Source of the DNA: a virus | Virus record (IMG/VR): IMGVR_UViG_3300039098_000131 | Location: 1-50,946 of that record | Reading direction: 5' to 3' (one strand) | Length of the DNA stretch: 50,946 nucleotides | In this document: positions 42,109 to 50,946 of the stretch, piece by piece | How positions within the stretch are numbered: position 1 is the stretch's first letter | Layout: every line of letters begins with the position of its first letter | The notes under the pieces: model-generated | The model's input: the letters and a program-made list of their open reading frames with translations, nothing else | Databases searched by the model: none | What the model was told of the DNA's origin: nothing | Made by a program: the position numbers and the translations under genes

Positions 42109-43090
42109 AAGACCAGGCCAAATGGATTTTATTTGAGCTTACCGATCCGCACAGTGCAGGAATTATTCTGTTTTCGAAAACTGCGAAATAAGCCCCAATT
42201 AGCACAATCTCAATGGTATCACCATTTACATAGGCACCACCGAAAGCGGTGGTTGGTATCGTGGCAAGGACAGATCCGTTAGTTGGATTAGTAGGTGCGT
42301 ACTCCGCAACCGTGCTCCCTGCTGCTAACGCCCCCGAGATACTTCCAACGGCGGTAAAGGCCGTGGCTGAGGACATGGTGAGTGTCAGGGTCTCAGAGGT
42401 GCAGCCGATATTATTCAAGGTAACCTTTGTGTCGTCAAATGTTCCGGCAGTGGAGGTTACGGTTGAGCCTGAAACGGAAGCTGAAATAGTTCCTGGCTCG
42501 TATATCGAACTTACCATTGACCCAGCGGCGAAAGCCTTAGTTAGTGGCTCGTCAAAGGTAATAGTAACTTGCGTCCCAACAGCCCCAGGTACTGCATTAG
42601 CTGTCCTCTTTTCGGCGTTGTTAGTGGTGGAAGATGCAAATTCCTTATTGCTAATTATGAATTTTTCCCCATTCCTGAAGATACCACTTAGGGAGGAGTC
42701 CTCTACCGTGATTACTACTTGGGTGGCACCAATGGACACGCTAGACGCAAGGACGCCAGCTCCATACGGTGTGGTCTTTGCAACCGTGGCCGCTGTGTCG
42801 AGAACCGTTGCAGGGTAGAACACGGCCCAGTCCTCACCCGGGGTCGGAACGTGTAACCAAACGTGGTTGCTCATGGTAGAGCCATTGTTGTTACTTTGAA
42901 CAGCGAGGAAAACTTTCCGGTCCTTGTCTGAACCAGTTTCCCTTTCATCGCTTGGAACGTCGTCAAAGGTAGATTCCAAAGCCCCAGAAATAAGTTGATC
43001 TGTTAAATCGATATGGCCACCATTGTTGCCTTGGTCATTAACGACCAATGGTGAGTACATTTTTAAGTCTTGCAAAGCAACGTCTGCCAT
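42095..43090 (-). CDS. Tail structural protein
   Basis: 331 aa, Thr/Ser/Ala/Gly-rich and probably beta-rich, two genes after the tape measure. Confidence 0.5.
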   Translation of the reverse strand: MADVALQDLKMYSPLVVNDQGNNGGHIDLTDQLISGALESTFDDVPSDERETGSDKDRKVFLAVQSNNNGSTMSNHVWLHVPTPGEDWAVFYPATVLDTAATVAKTTPYGAGVLASSVSIGATQVVITVEDSSLSGIFRNGEKFIISNKEFASSTTNNAEKRTANAVPGAVGTQVTITFDEPLTKAFAAGSMVSSIYEPGTISASVSGSTVTSTAGTFDDTKVTLNNIGCTSETLTLTMSSATAFTAVGSISGALAAGSTVAEYAPTNPTNGSVLATIPTTAFGGAYVNGDTIEIVLIGAYFAVFENRIIPALCGSVSSNKIHLAWSCESS

Positions 43091-43091
43091 T

Positions 43092-43472
43092 TTAGTCCTC
43101 CGTGATAGTTATATGACCCAGATACTTTTTATCAGGTCCTTCCAATTCAAAATGATACAGAGGATCCATTTTCGGAACCTCCACAATCAAAACTGCTGGG
43201 TAAATAATCCCACGGTAGTTAAGGGGAACAGCAACACCAGCCGATTCCAACACTTTTACTTGATCAAGAACGGAGGAGCACCAAATGCCCATTATACTAC
43301 CGTTAGCATTTGTGGTTCCGAGGGTATACGTCTTTCCCCCGTTTATTTTCTGAACCGTCAAATGAGAACCGCCATTCAGGCTCCTGTCCTGCTGAACCAA
43401 CACTTCAGGTGAAGTATGCACCCCTTTCAGGTACATATTGTCACTTATGGTAACTCCTCCGAGCGTTATCAT
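43092..43472 (-). CDS. Minor tail protein (in the lambda gpM-like position)
   Basis: 126 aa, immediately after the tape measure with an ATGA overlap. Confidence 0.45.
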   Translation of the reverse strand: MITLGGVTISDNMYLKGVHTSPEVLVQQDRSLNGGSHLTVQKINGGKTYTLGTTNANGSIMGIWCSSVLDQVKVLESAGVAVPLNYRGIIYPAVLIVEVPKMDPLYHFELEGPDKKYLGHITITED

Positions 43473-45892
43473 GAGGTGTACCTCTCTTTGTCTGCTATTT
43501 GGCGTTGTAGGGCATCGATGTTGGTTTGATCACCCTGTAACTTGATTGTCTCACCACCAAGATTCAGGTTTATATCAATCATGCCTCTGCTACTGTCGCC
43601 TCCTAGTTTATTGTTTGGGGTTATGAATCCGGAGGTTGAGGGTGTAAACTTTTCACGGCCCCTCTCACCCACCCAATATTCTTTCCCAGCTTCAACCGGG
43701 CCACCGAATGCCCTTGCCCCACTAGTCCCAGTGTCTGAGCCTGAGGATTGAACGCCGGCGTCTAGCTCATTCATTTTACCGATTGCTGTGTCCAGCTCAG
43801 CGGAAATATTTTGAACCTGGTCGATAATATCATTGGAAACCAATTCCCAAGTATCCCCGACCTCGACCCATGTCTGCCCTACTTCGGCAGCGCCGTCGTT
43901 TAATTCCGAAGTTGCGTCCGTTGCACCGGATGCCATTTCCTTGTAGTCTGCCAACTGCTTTTCAAGACTCTGCTTTTCCTCGGCCGTTGTCTCAAGCTGC
44001 TGCTTTTTGTTTTCAAGGATATCTTCGTTTACTTGTCTCATTTCCTCAATCTTTTGCTTGAGGACCTCTTCCTGGGAGAGGACTTCACGTTGCCCGTCCT
44101 TTTGCGCTGCCAGCAATGACTCATATTCCTTTTTAGCCTCCTGGAATGGACCTGCTGCATCGCCAACCGCAGATCGACCACCTCTGGTAATCCTGAGTTG
44201 ATAGTCATAAATTTTCCGGGCTCGCTCCACGTCTTCAGGGGATACGGTTTCGGTAACTTCGTCCGGCATACTTTGAATGAGCTCCTTGATACGCTCAAGG
44301 TAATCCGCTTGCTCACCCCACTGCCCTGCTTTTGCAGCGTCGGCAGCTTTCGTTTTGAACTCAGAGATTTCTTTGTTCAGGTCTTTCCAAGCGCCTTCAT
44401 CCGTCATCCCCTCCCGCTGCAACTCTCGAAGCTCGGAAGCGAAGTCTTTGGTGGAGTCGGCTATGTCGTCCTGAAGATCGGTTATTTCCTTGGACAACTT
44501 TTTAATCATCTTTTCAGTTGCTTTTTCATTTTCCTTGACCCAATCTCTTGCGCTGTTTTGTTGCAAGCGATCAAGCTCAGCAAGTGAATCCTTTGCCTGG
44601 CTTGTATCAAGGTCAAGCTCAACTGTTGCTGTCTCAGGTGCTTTCCACGTTTCAGCGGCTCGCTTGAGTTCGTCAGACCCGTCCGTCAATGCACCGGTGT
44701 TGAAATCCCTTTTCCCGGTTATGACATCCCACATGTTTTCAAACGCACCACCAAATTCTTGGGACGTTGATACAAGACTTCCTAGGTGAAGGTTATAGTT
44801 CTCAAGTGCACTATTTACAACAACAAGACCAGCAAGCAATCCGTTGTAACCCTTTGGCCCTTTCAAAAGGATAGCGCCGACTAAGCCCCATTCCAAAGCC
44901 CCGGGTCCTCCAATAGATTTAACTGTTGAATACACATCCGAAACGATTCCACCAAAGGCTAACATCTCGCTGCCAATGGAACCGATCCCTGACACAACAC
45001 TTGGTATGCTGTCGAGGATTCCCACAAAAACTTCCGTGATTTCTTCCCGATTTTCTTCAACCGTATCGGCAAGATCCGAAATGGCCAAGGCGACTGTTCT
45101 GCTTCCGCCCGCTGCCTGCTCTGCGTCGGTGAATAACCGTTTCCAAGATTCGTTCAACTTATTTACTGCCTTTTCAATGGTGATCGGAATTTGACCAAAA
45201 TCGTCTTCGACAGATGCGGATATTTCAGTCAGGGCTTTGGCGAACACTTCCCGCGTTAAAGTGCCGGCGGCCCCCATCTCTTTCAGTCCCCGTATATTGG
45301 TACCAATATGAGTTGCTAACTTACCCATCAAATAGGAGTTCGCTTCGACCATGGATCTAAGCTCGTCCCCGTTGATTACTGCCGATCCCATGGCTTGCCC
45401 GAACTGCAACATAAACGATGCTGATTCCTGGGTACCTGCACCAGCGACGGTAAGTGATTGGTTAACGGTTTCGAGATACCCCACAATTTCCGACCGCTCA
45501 ACTTCTTGCATCCCATGAGCAAGCTTGGCAAACGCCTGAGCATTAACCTCAAGTACGGTCCCTGTATCTCGACCTTGTTGGTAAAGACTTTCAAAAATTG
45601 CTTCGAATTCCTTGGCGTCCTCAGTGACCAATTTTATTTTTGAATCAATCTTAGTGTAATCATCTGAAAGGTTGGCGAGCTCTTTACCAAATTCCACCGC
45701 CTCCCTAACCGCAAAAAATCCACCGACAGCAAGCCCGGCACGTTTAAGATCCTTGGCTATGTTGTCACTGAATTTTTTTGTGGTGCGTTCAGATTTTTTG
45801 ACTTGACTTTCAAAGTCGATCAAATCCCGTTCTAGCAGATCCAATGCCCTCGAAGCGTCTTTAGCGTCAATTTCTATCTGGAGCCTGGCCAT
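43469..45892 (-). CDS. Tail tape measure protein
   Basis: 807 aa, helical and coiled-coil rich with Gly-rich hydrophobic segments. Lies downstream of the chaperone pair. Confidence 0.85.
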   Translation of the reverse strand: MARLQIEIDAKDASRALDLLERDLIDFESQVKKSERTTKKFSDNIAKDLKRAGLAVGGFFAVREAVEFGKELANLSDDYTKIDSKIKLVTEDAKEFEAIFESLYQQGRDTGTVLEVNAQAFAKLAHGMQEVERSEIVGYLETVNQSLTVAGAGTQESASFMLQFGQAMGSAVINGDELRSMVEANSYLMGKLATHIGTNIRGLKEMGAAGTLTREVFAKALTEISASVEDDFGQIPITIEKAVNKLNESWKRLFTDAEQAAGGSRTVALAISDLADTVEENREEITEVFVGILDSIPSVVSGIGSIGSEMLAFGGIVSDVYSTVKSIGGPGALEWGLVGAILLKGPKGYNGLLAGLVVVNSALENYNLHLGSLVSTSQEFGGAFENMWDVITGKRDFNTGALTDGSDELKRAAETWKAPETATVELDLDTSQAKDSLAELDRLQQNSARDWVKENEKATEKMIKKLSKEITDLQDDIADSTKDFASELRELQREGMTDEGAWKDLNKEISEFKTKAADAAKAGQWGEQADYLERIKELIQSMPDEVTETVSPEDVERARKIYDYQLRITRGGRSAVGDAAGPFQEAKKEYESLLAAQKDGQREVLSQEEVLKQKIEEMRQVNEDILENKKQQLETTAEEKQSLEKQLADYKEMASGATDATSELNDGAAEVGQTWVEVGDTWELVSNDIIDQVQNISAELDTAIGKMNELDAGVQSSGSDTGTSGARAFGGPVEAGKEYWVGERGREKFTPSTSGFITPNNKLGGDSSRGMIDINLNLGGETIKLQGDQTNIDALQRQIADKERYTS

Positions 45893-46638
45893 TTACTTTC
45901 CCTCTAACTTTCGTAATCGCTTTTCCTCTTCTGCCTTTTCAACACACTGAGCAATCAAGGTGCCAACGATTACTTTTACCTTAGTCCAAATCTCCTGCCT
46001 TTCTTCTTCGATGATACCGTGCCATTCACAAGCTATCTCAAATGCTTCGAGGCTGAGCCCAACAATGTGACCATTGATCTCAACATACTGGTTCTCGCAT
46101 TCTTTGTATACAGCAACAGCTGCTGTATTCCACCTGTGTACTCCGGGAAAACATGTCTCACAAGGAGGCTCCTTCTTAATAGCAAGGTGTACCTCCTCAC
46201 ATTTGGCGCAAGGGATACGGCCGACACCCGAAAACCATTCCCCTAGCGCCACTAATTTCCCTGTTCTTCCTCCGCTCCGTCTTCAACTTCAATAATGTAA
46301 GCTTCGGACTCTTCCTGGAGCCATTCGTAAAGGTCGCCAAGCTCTTCGTCAAAAGACATAATGTTTTTAAGAGTCGGCTTAACCTGGTTCCCTTTCCTGT
46401 CGAAAAAGTTACCCCATTTAACAATTATATTTTCGTAGAACAGGCGTCGCTTTTTCGTTTGGTTCAGGGCGATGGTGGTTGCCATCTCACCGCTGTCACC
46501 GGTTGCCGTCACATCGTTGCTGAGTGCGGAGATCCGATTCCTGACCCCTTTCTTCAAATACTTGATTTCTACCCATGCTCCATCTTCATCATCTGGGCGA
46601 AATACTTTTTTCGTTTTCTGTGAAGTTAACCTTGCCAT
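45893..46638 (-). CDS. Tail assembly chaperone GT-like fusion product (via a -1 frameshift at 46261..46255)
   Basis: The downstream ORF (45893..46252) is in the -1 frame relative to the upstream one. That frame is open from about 11 codons before the upstream stop. A GGGAAAT slip site lies 2 codons before the stop. Confidence 0.55.
46252..46638 (-). CDS. Tail assembly chaperone (gpG-like)
   Basis: 128 aa with an acidic C-terminus, directly upstream of the T-like ORF and the tape measure. Confidence 0.6.
   Translation of the reverse strand: MARLTSQKTKKVFRPDDEDGAWVEIKYLKKGVRNRISALSNDVTATGDSGEMATTIALNQTKKRRLFYENIIVKWGNFFDRKGNQVKPTLKNIMSFDEELGDLYEWLQEESEAYIIEVEDGAEEEQGN
46255..46261 (-). other. 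Programmed -1 ribosomal frameshift slippery heptamer G GGA AAT
   Basis: The minus strand reads CAG GGA AAT TAG. The X XXY YYZ pattern matches the lambda G/GT site G GGA AAG except for the last base. Confidence 0.55.
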
Positions 46639-46666
46639 TATATTCTCCTTTGGTGGGGATTACTTA

Positions 46667-47242
46667 TTAAAGCGCTGAGTGTGCTATTTTGCGCCAGGTT
46701 TGTGCAAGCATGCCATTGGTACCAGTACAGATGTAAATGTTGGTGGCATCAATCCGCATAGACCCTGGCTCAACGTCTGGCGTATAAGTTCCGGCGCCTG
46801 CCTGAGTGGTTCCGAGTGTGGCAGCATCGAAAACGTTGGTCACTGCGGTGAATGTCTCAGTGGTAGCAATCGCGTTGCCAGCTGTTCCACCGACCCTTGC
46901 CTCAATCTCAAGGTCATCCGCTCCCCCAAACGCAGCGGCACAAGTTACAGTAGGATGCAAAACGTTGTACCCGTCCGTACCTTTAAGCGCCTTTACTATA
47001 TTTTCCTGAGTCCCTGCCAAGTCGGCTCCGAGGTTGATTTCCCCGGCAGCATCTGCGGTGCCAGCAGCAACAAAAGTATAATCAGTGGTATCAACGGTCA
47101 TGGTATCATCTGCCGTTACCTGAGCATCCACAGTAAGCGTACCCTGAGCTACCACCAAATCTGTTGGTGTCCCTGTTTGAAGGATGCGCTTGTTAATGCT
47201 CTTGGTACCATTTCTTCCAAGATCGAGTTTTTCAATTGCCAT
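46667..47242 (-). CDS. Tail-associated structural protein (second tube-like or decoration protein)
   Basis: 191 aa, Thr/Ala/Gly-rich, between the major tail gene and the chaperone. Confidence 0.45.
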   Translation of the reverse strand: MAIEKLDLGRNGTKSINKRILQTGTPTDLVVAQGTLTVDAQVTADDTMTVDTTDYTFVAAGTADAAGEINLGADLAGTQENIVKALKGTDGYNVLHPTVTCAAAFGGADDLEIEARVGGTAGNAIATTETFTAVTNVFDAATLGTTQAGAGTYTPDVEPGSMRIDATNIYICTGTNGMLAQTWRKIAHSAL

Positions 47243-47316
47243 TTTATTCTCTCCTTAACATGTCCCATCCACCTAGACTCCCCACCAAGAGAGAATAGGT
47301 TTCAGGGACAATTTGG

Positions 47317-48105
47317 TTAGTTGCAGGTTACCGCAAGACCGGTTACTTCGATAGCCGTTGCACCATGCAACTGAGTTGCCGCTGCTCCAGTGGCATCCGG
47401 GATGGTCGCCGAATCCCCTGTGCTTTCGGTAAAGGTCATGATCTCGTCACCTGTACCAGTGATAGTCTCTACCTGGAGGTAAAGAGGATCATTACTTCCT
47501 ACCTTGTCAGCAAGCACAACGTCCCCGACTTCAAAGCCGAAAACTGACCATGAACCAGCGGACAATGTTGCTGTTGCCCCTGCGCCAGTTGTTGTTTCGG
47601 AAACAAAAGTAATATTGGTTCCGAGACTTGGTGCTGAGTGTGCAATAAACAGAACGCTTGATCCAGCAGGCAGAATAGAAATTGTATTCTGGTACAGGGC
47701 GTTCTTGCTTGCAGCAGTGGGTGGTGAGTACGTACCAATAAGGTAGGCACCTGGAGCATCGTTGATAAGATCAAGCGCTGCAAAGTCACAGCCCTGCTTG
47801 AGGTAAAAACGGAGGGTGGTAAGCTTTGTTGAGTTCAAAGCCGCTGCTTGCAAGATCGCGTGAATAGGGTCGCCGGCATAAAAGTTAGCAACAATATCAA
47901 TCGAAGTGTAAGCGCCACCAGAGGGTACAACGAGGTCAATCCGTCGTCCCATTTCCGATACCGTAATTGTGGACATCTCAAAACCCAATGGTAGGGTCAG
48001 TCCAGTAAGACCGCTAATGTTCGCTTCGGTAGTCATTGCTGCGTCATAAATAAGCGCAGATGCCTGAGCGACCAAAAAGTTAGCGGCAGTTTGTTTGACA
48101 GCCAT
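47317..48105 (-). CDS. Putative major tail (tube) protein
   Basis: 262 aa. The call rests on position, after the terminator-like gene and before the chaperones. Confidence 0.55.
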   Translation of the reverse strand: MAVKQTAANFLVAQASALIYDAAMTTEANISGLTGLTLPLGFEMSTITVSEMGRRIDLVVPSGGAYTSIDIVANFYAGDPIHAILQAAALNSTKLTTLRFYLKQGCDFAALDLINDAPGAYLIGTYSPPTAASKNALYQNTISILPAGSSVLFIAHSAPSLGTNITFVSETTTGAGATATLSAGSWSVFGFEVGDVVLADKVGSNDPLYLQVETITGTGDEIMTFTESTGDSATIPDATGAAATQLHGATAIEVTGLAVTCN

Positions 48106-48118
48106 ATCTAGCCTCCTG

Positions 48119-48526
48119 TTAACAGGTTATTTCCTGGCCCATTATCGCTAGGTAAGGGACCTGGAGGTTCTTTTGATGCCAGCTTTCGTTGTTCGGAACG
48201 CTGTGTAATTCCGGGGTTAATAGCGCAACACCGGAGATGGATTCTTCACCGAAGAGGGAAACAAGCTCATTGGCAATCTCCCTTGCACGCTGCGTACCAG
48301 TACCGCGAGGTGTAAATATCTGAAACACAAGCACACCTCCCGTCAACGCAGATTGCATACCAAGGCCCGTTGATTCTGAGAATGTTGGTTTGTCGAATAC
48401 CGCTATCCATTCATCCAACTTCGATGTATCCAAAGGAACATTCTCATATTTTACTTGACATAAAGTAAAATTGTCGTGTAAGTAACTTTCAACTATTTCC
48501 CTCAACACAGTAAAATCCAGTATCAT
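48119..48526 (-). CDS. Putative tail terminator protein
   Basis: 135 aa. Position only. Confidence 0.4.
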   Translation of the reverse strand: MILDFTVLREIVESYLHDNFTLCQVKYENVPLDTSKLDEWIAVFDKPTFSESTGLGMQSALTGGVLVFQIFTPRGTGTQRAREIANELVSLFGEESISGVALLTPELHSVPNNESWHQKNLQVPYLAIMGQEITC

Positions 48527-48957
48527 TTTATTTTCTTTAACCTCCTTTTGAGAACGTTTTCTATTCGAGGGGTAGCTGTTGCAACCATTGCAAACGCCGT
48601 TCTTTTGTCGGAACCGTGTTCTAAATCTTCAATGTATTCAACGTTGTTAGATATGACAATCGCTTGATTCCGCTCAAGGTCAAAGCTTATTGATGGTCTT
48701 TTTGGATCATCGTAAAACCTTTCTTTTGTATCAACCTTGGCAACCGTCGTATCGGGGGCCACATCAACGTTAAGTAACCACGAAGCCCTGGCCCTGCCAG
48801 TAAGAACTGGTGTTAGGGAAGTAACCAAATTCCAACCATAAAGGCCGGTATGGGTAATCGCGTTTGCCACGCTCCCCGTTAACTTGGCGAACTCGGCATT
48901 CATTTCTTTTGAAAACTTATCCGAATGGTTCACTCTGGCTTCCTCGCTATATAACAA
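48523..48957 (-). CDS. HK97 gp10-like neck / tail-completion protein
   Basis: TPVLTGRARASW and ISNNVEYIEDLEHGS resemble the gp10-family motifs (tPv.TG.lr.s; n..YA..vE.G). Confidence 0.6.
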   Translation of the reverse strand: MLYSEEARVNHSDKFSKEMNAEFAKLTGSVANAITHTGLYGWNLVTSLTPVLTGRARASWLLNVDVAPDTTVAKVDTKERFYDDPKRPSISFDLERNQAIVISNNVEYIEDLEHGSDKRTAFAMVATATPRIENVLKRRLKKIK

Positions 48958-49334
48958 GTGTAAAGGGCACCATACATATCGGTCTCAACCTTTGCTATCC
49001 TGAACTTCCCAGTGCCTCCAGCCGGGGTTACAAAACCACCTTCCTCTGGTGTCACTGTCAAATCAGCACCAGCAATTAATGCAAGCCGATGATTAGCAAA
49101 GAACTCAGGGTCGACAACTGCGGCCGCTGCTGTAGGCATCAACCCTGCCATAAGAACATCAAATGCCATGTAGCAAGTATGCTCAACTAACACCGGGGTA
49201 TCCGTTCCGGTGGATGGGTTGTATGAGGTGGCGGGTAAACTCGTAACCTCATGATATGTACTAAGCCCGTTCTCTTCAGCAAACTTCTTAATAATTGCAC
49301 TAGCTTTGGTGCGAAACTTTTCTCCCTTTGTCAT
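48930..49334 (-). CDS. Head-closure / head-tail adaptor protein
   Basis: 134 aa. Position only. Confidence 0.4.
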   Translation of the reverse strand: MTKGEKFRTKASAIIKKFAEENGLSTYHEVTSLPATSYNPSTGTDTPVLVEHTCYMAFDVLMAGLMPTAAAAVVDPEFFANHRLALIAGADLTVTPEEGGFVTPAGGTGKFRIAKVETDMYGALYTCYIARKPE

Positions 49335-49335
49335 G

Positions 49336-49779
49336 TTAGCACCTTTGCAGTTTAACTGACCCCGTTCCGCTTGAAGCGTTACACCAAACTCCCATCAAAG
49401 CATTGGGATACTGCAAGAGGTCGTAATTATCCACAACCCCTTTATCACAGCAATACTTTACCGTTGATGCCAAAGATCCGACTTTGTCGGTTTCCTCGGA
49501 TATGAGCCCTTTGCCCGTTACTTCATCCTTTGGATCTGCATACAGATTTCCATTAGAATCGGCGAGGGCAAAGTAGGCGCATGCTTCTTTTACTTCTTCG
49601 GGGATGGTCGAGTCGTCGCTCCAATCAATATCGGTACATTCCCAAACGGTCTGAATGTATACCGAAGCCTTGGCAATGTGGCTCTCCTTCACCGTGTCGG
49701 TTAACAATAACCAAGCGGCTTCAAGGGCCAGGGTTGTGTCGGCTTCGACTACCGTTATGATTGCTTTATTTAGGGCCAT
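49336..49779 (-). CDS. Head-tail connector (gp6-like position)
   Basis: 147 aa, first gene after the capsid. Confidence 0.4.
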   Translation of the reverse strand: MALNKAIITVVEADTTLALEAAWLLLTDTVKESHIAKASVYIQTVWECTDIDWSDDSTIPEEVKEACAYFALADSNGNLYADPKDEVTGKGLISEETDKVGSLASTVKYCCDKGVVDNYDLLQYPNALMGVWCNASSGTGSVKLQRC

Positions 49780-49803
49780 TCCTTACCTCCAGTCAGCGGT
49801 TAA

Positions 49804-50886
49804 TTAAGCAGGCTTCTCGGAGGTGTGAACAAAAGCAATCTTGATTTTCTTACGATCAAGAACACGGTCCCAGTTAGCAGCAACACGTTGATCCGCGATT
49901 GATGGGAAAAGCTTGGTACCAGTATCAAGGCCACCAATAGCACCAGCTGCAACGGAACCGGTAACAGTGTCATCTTCCCAAGAAAATCCGGTAATGCCCA
50001 TGGAGAATAGCTGACGGGTGATAAGCATTTCTTCACCGCCACCGACACCAGAACGTGGGTCACGCCATGTCTCGGATGGGATAATACCGTTAGTGGATTG
50101 ACCGAACTCCATGGTGCCAGGCTGTGCCAAGATTGACAAACAAGTGTCATCCGCGCCATTGGTGTACAGAGGGGTCTGATCAGAAACCAGCATCCGAGCG
50201 CCTTGGAAATACTCAAAATTAACATGAGGATTATCCGCGCTAGCGATTGTATCAATCAACTGCTGCTTTCGGAGGGACTTGGCTACCATGCTGTGACAAA
50301 TGAAGATACCGGAACCGAGTTCAGCGGCATCACCCATTGTACCCCAACCTTCAATAAGCAGGGTTTCATCTACAGGGTCGGTACCATCACCGTAGACCAT
50401 GTCCAGACCGTCGTTGGCAACGTTATCAGCAAAGACTCCCATGAGCATGGCAATTGCATACATATCGAAGAACTTAGCCCAGTAAGTTGAGACCCGGGTG
50501 TTAAGTGCAGCAACGGGATCAGGCAACCAGTTACAGGTCTTAATGATCTGCTTTTCACCAAGGGCATACGCTGTGGCACACTTAACATTGGTGTATTCCC
50601 AAGTATCGGTGTTGTTTGGTACCAGCAAGGTGTCGCTGTCGTCCATGTAACCAGGATTGTGGACACCCGCCTGAACAGTGTTTCCACCTTCAACTGGCTC
50701 GGTCAAATCGTTGTAACCAACACGATTGATTTTCCGGCCTTCACCAGTGGCCACAAGCTGTGACAGTTCAGGATCAGTGGCGACCATGCCGCTGTTCCAT
50801 ACTACGGACTTTCTTACAGCTTCGTTGATAAGTGCCTGATTAAGCAGGTCTTGGGCATAGATGTTAGCAAGTTTTGAAGTAGGCAT
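49804..50886 (-). CDS. Major capsid protein
   Basis: 360 aa with a strong GAGG RBS and a long structured leader. In the circular map it follows the scaffold. Confidence 0.72.
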   Translation of the reverse strand: MPTSKLANIYAQDLLNQALINEAVRKSVVWNSGMVATDPELSQLVATGEGRKINRVGYNDLTEPVEGGNTVQAGVHNPGYMDDSDTLLVPNNTDTWEYTNVKCATAYALGEKQIIKTCNWLPDPVAALNTRVSTYWAKFFDMYAIAMLMGVFADNVANDGLDMVYGDGTDPVDETLLIEGWGTMGDAAELGSGIFICHSMVAKSLRKQQLIDTIASADNPHVNFEYFQGARMLVSDQTPLYTNGADDTCLSILAQPGTMEFGQSTNGIIPSETWRDPRSGVGGGEEMLITRQLFSMGITGFSWEDDTVTGSVAAGAIGGLDTGTKLFPSIADQRVAANWDRVLDRKKIKIAFVHTSEKPA

Positions 50887-50946
50887 TTTAACCTCTAAAG
50901 TAATTTTAGGAAAAAAATAGGCGGGTAAGCATTCGTCCCACCTGTG
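50848..50946. repeat. Second copy of the 99-bp terminal overlap
   Basis: Identical to 1..99. Confidence 0.95.

Noticed and set aside
42249-42818. 189-aa plus-strand ORF inside the tail gene 42095..43090. Similar long antisense ORFs lie at 46679..47320 (+), 39122..39622 (+) and 49800..50255 (-).
   Set aside because: All lie opposite long, well-supported structural genes and break the operon logic. They are typical shadow ORFs in Thr/Ala/Gly-rich coding sequence.
1-50946. tRNA genes, integrase or repressor lysogeny module, transposase or IS elements, CRISPR arrays
   Set aside because: I found no cloverleaf-like GC-rich 70-90 nt segment in the few non-coding gaps. No ORF carries integrase (R..HxxR..Y) or DDE motifs. 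Absence by eye is not proof, so a tRNAscan/Infernal run would settle the RNA question.

Overview
The window is a complete dsDNA tailed-phage genome. The first 99 bp are identical to the last 99 bp, so this is a circular or circularly permuted unit of 50,847 bp whose junction falls inside the major capsid gene. No integrase, repressor, tRNA, CRISPR array or IS element was seen.

The genome has two transcription arms. They diverge at about 11.6-11.9 kb and converge on a hairpin at about 28.27 kb.

- **Minus arm.** It runs from 11603 down through 1, then wraps to 50886 and continues to 28296. In order it carries prim-pol and a P-loop helicase-like protein, a string of small zinc-ribbon and Cys-rich genes, and a PD-(D/E)XK nuclease. 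Then come TerS and TerL, portal, a Mu-F-like head morphogenesis protein, scaffold, capsid and connectors. The tail genes follow: tail tube, a G/GT chaperone pair with a lambda-like GGGAAAT slip site, an 807-aa tape measure, and a large tail-tip module that includes a 663-aa Cys-dense protein and a 1911-aa multi-lectin protein. A lysis cassette ends the arm.
- **Plus arm (11904-28254).** It carries small early genes, a MazG-like protein, and a Sak4/DUF669/Cas4-like recombination module. It also carries a sliding-clamp-like gene, a family A DNA polymerase and a full 7-deazaguanine DNA-modification pathway: queC, queD, queE, folE and dpdA.

The observations most worth following up are:

- a phosphoribosyltransferase-like domain fused to FolE, directly upstream of dpdA;
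- a six-copy plus-strand promoter-like element with fixed spacing and a conserved leader;
- a recurrent 4-Cys module family;
- repeat architectures in the giant tail protein;
- gene overlaps that lie inside A-rich tracts.

All functional calls come from motifs I read in the translations and from gene order. No database search was run.
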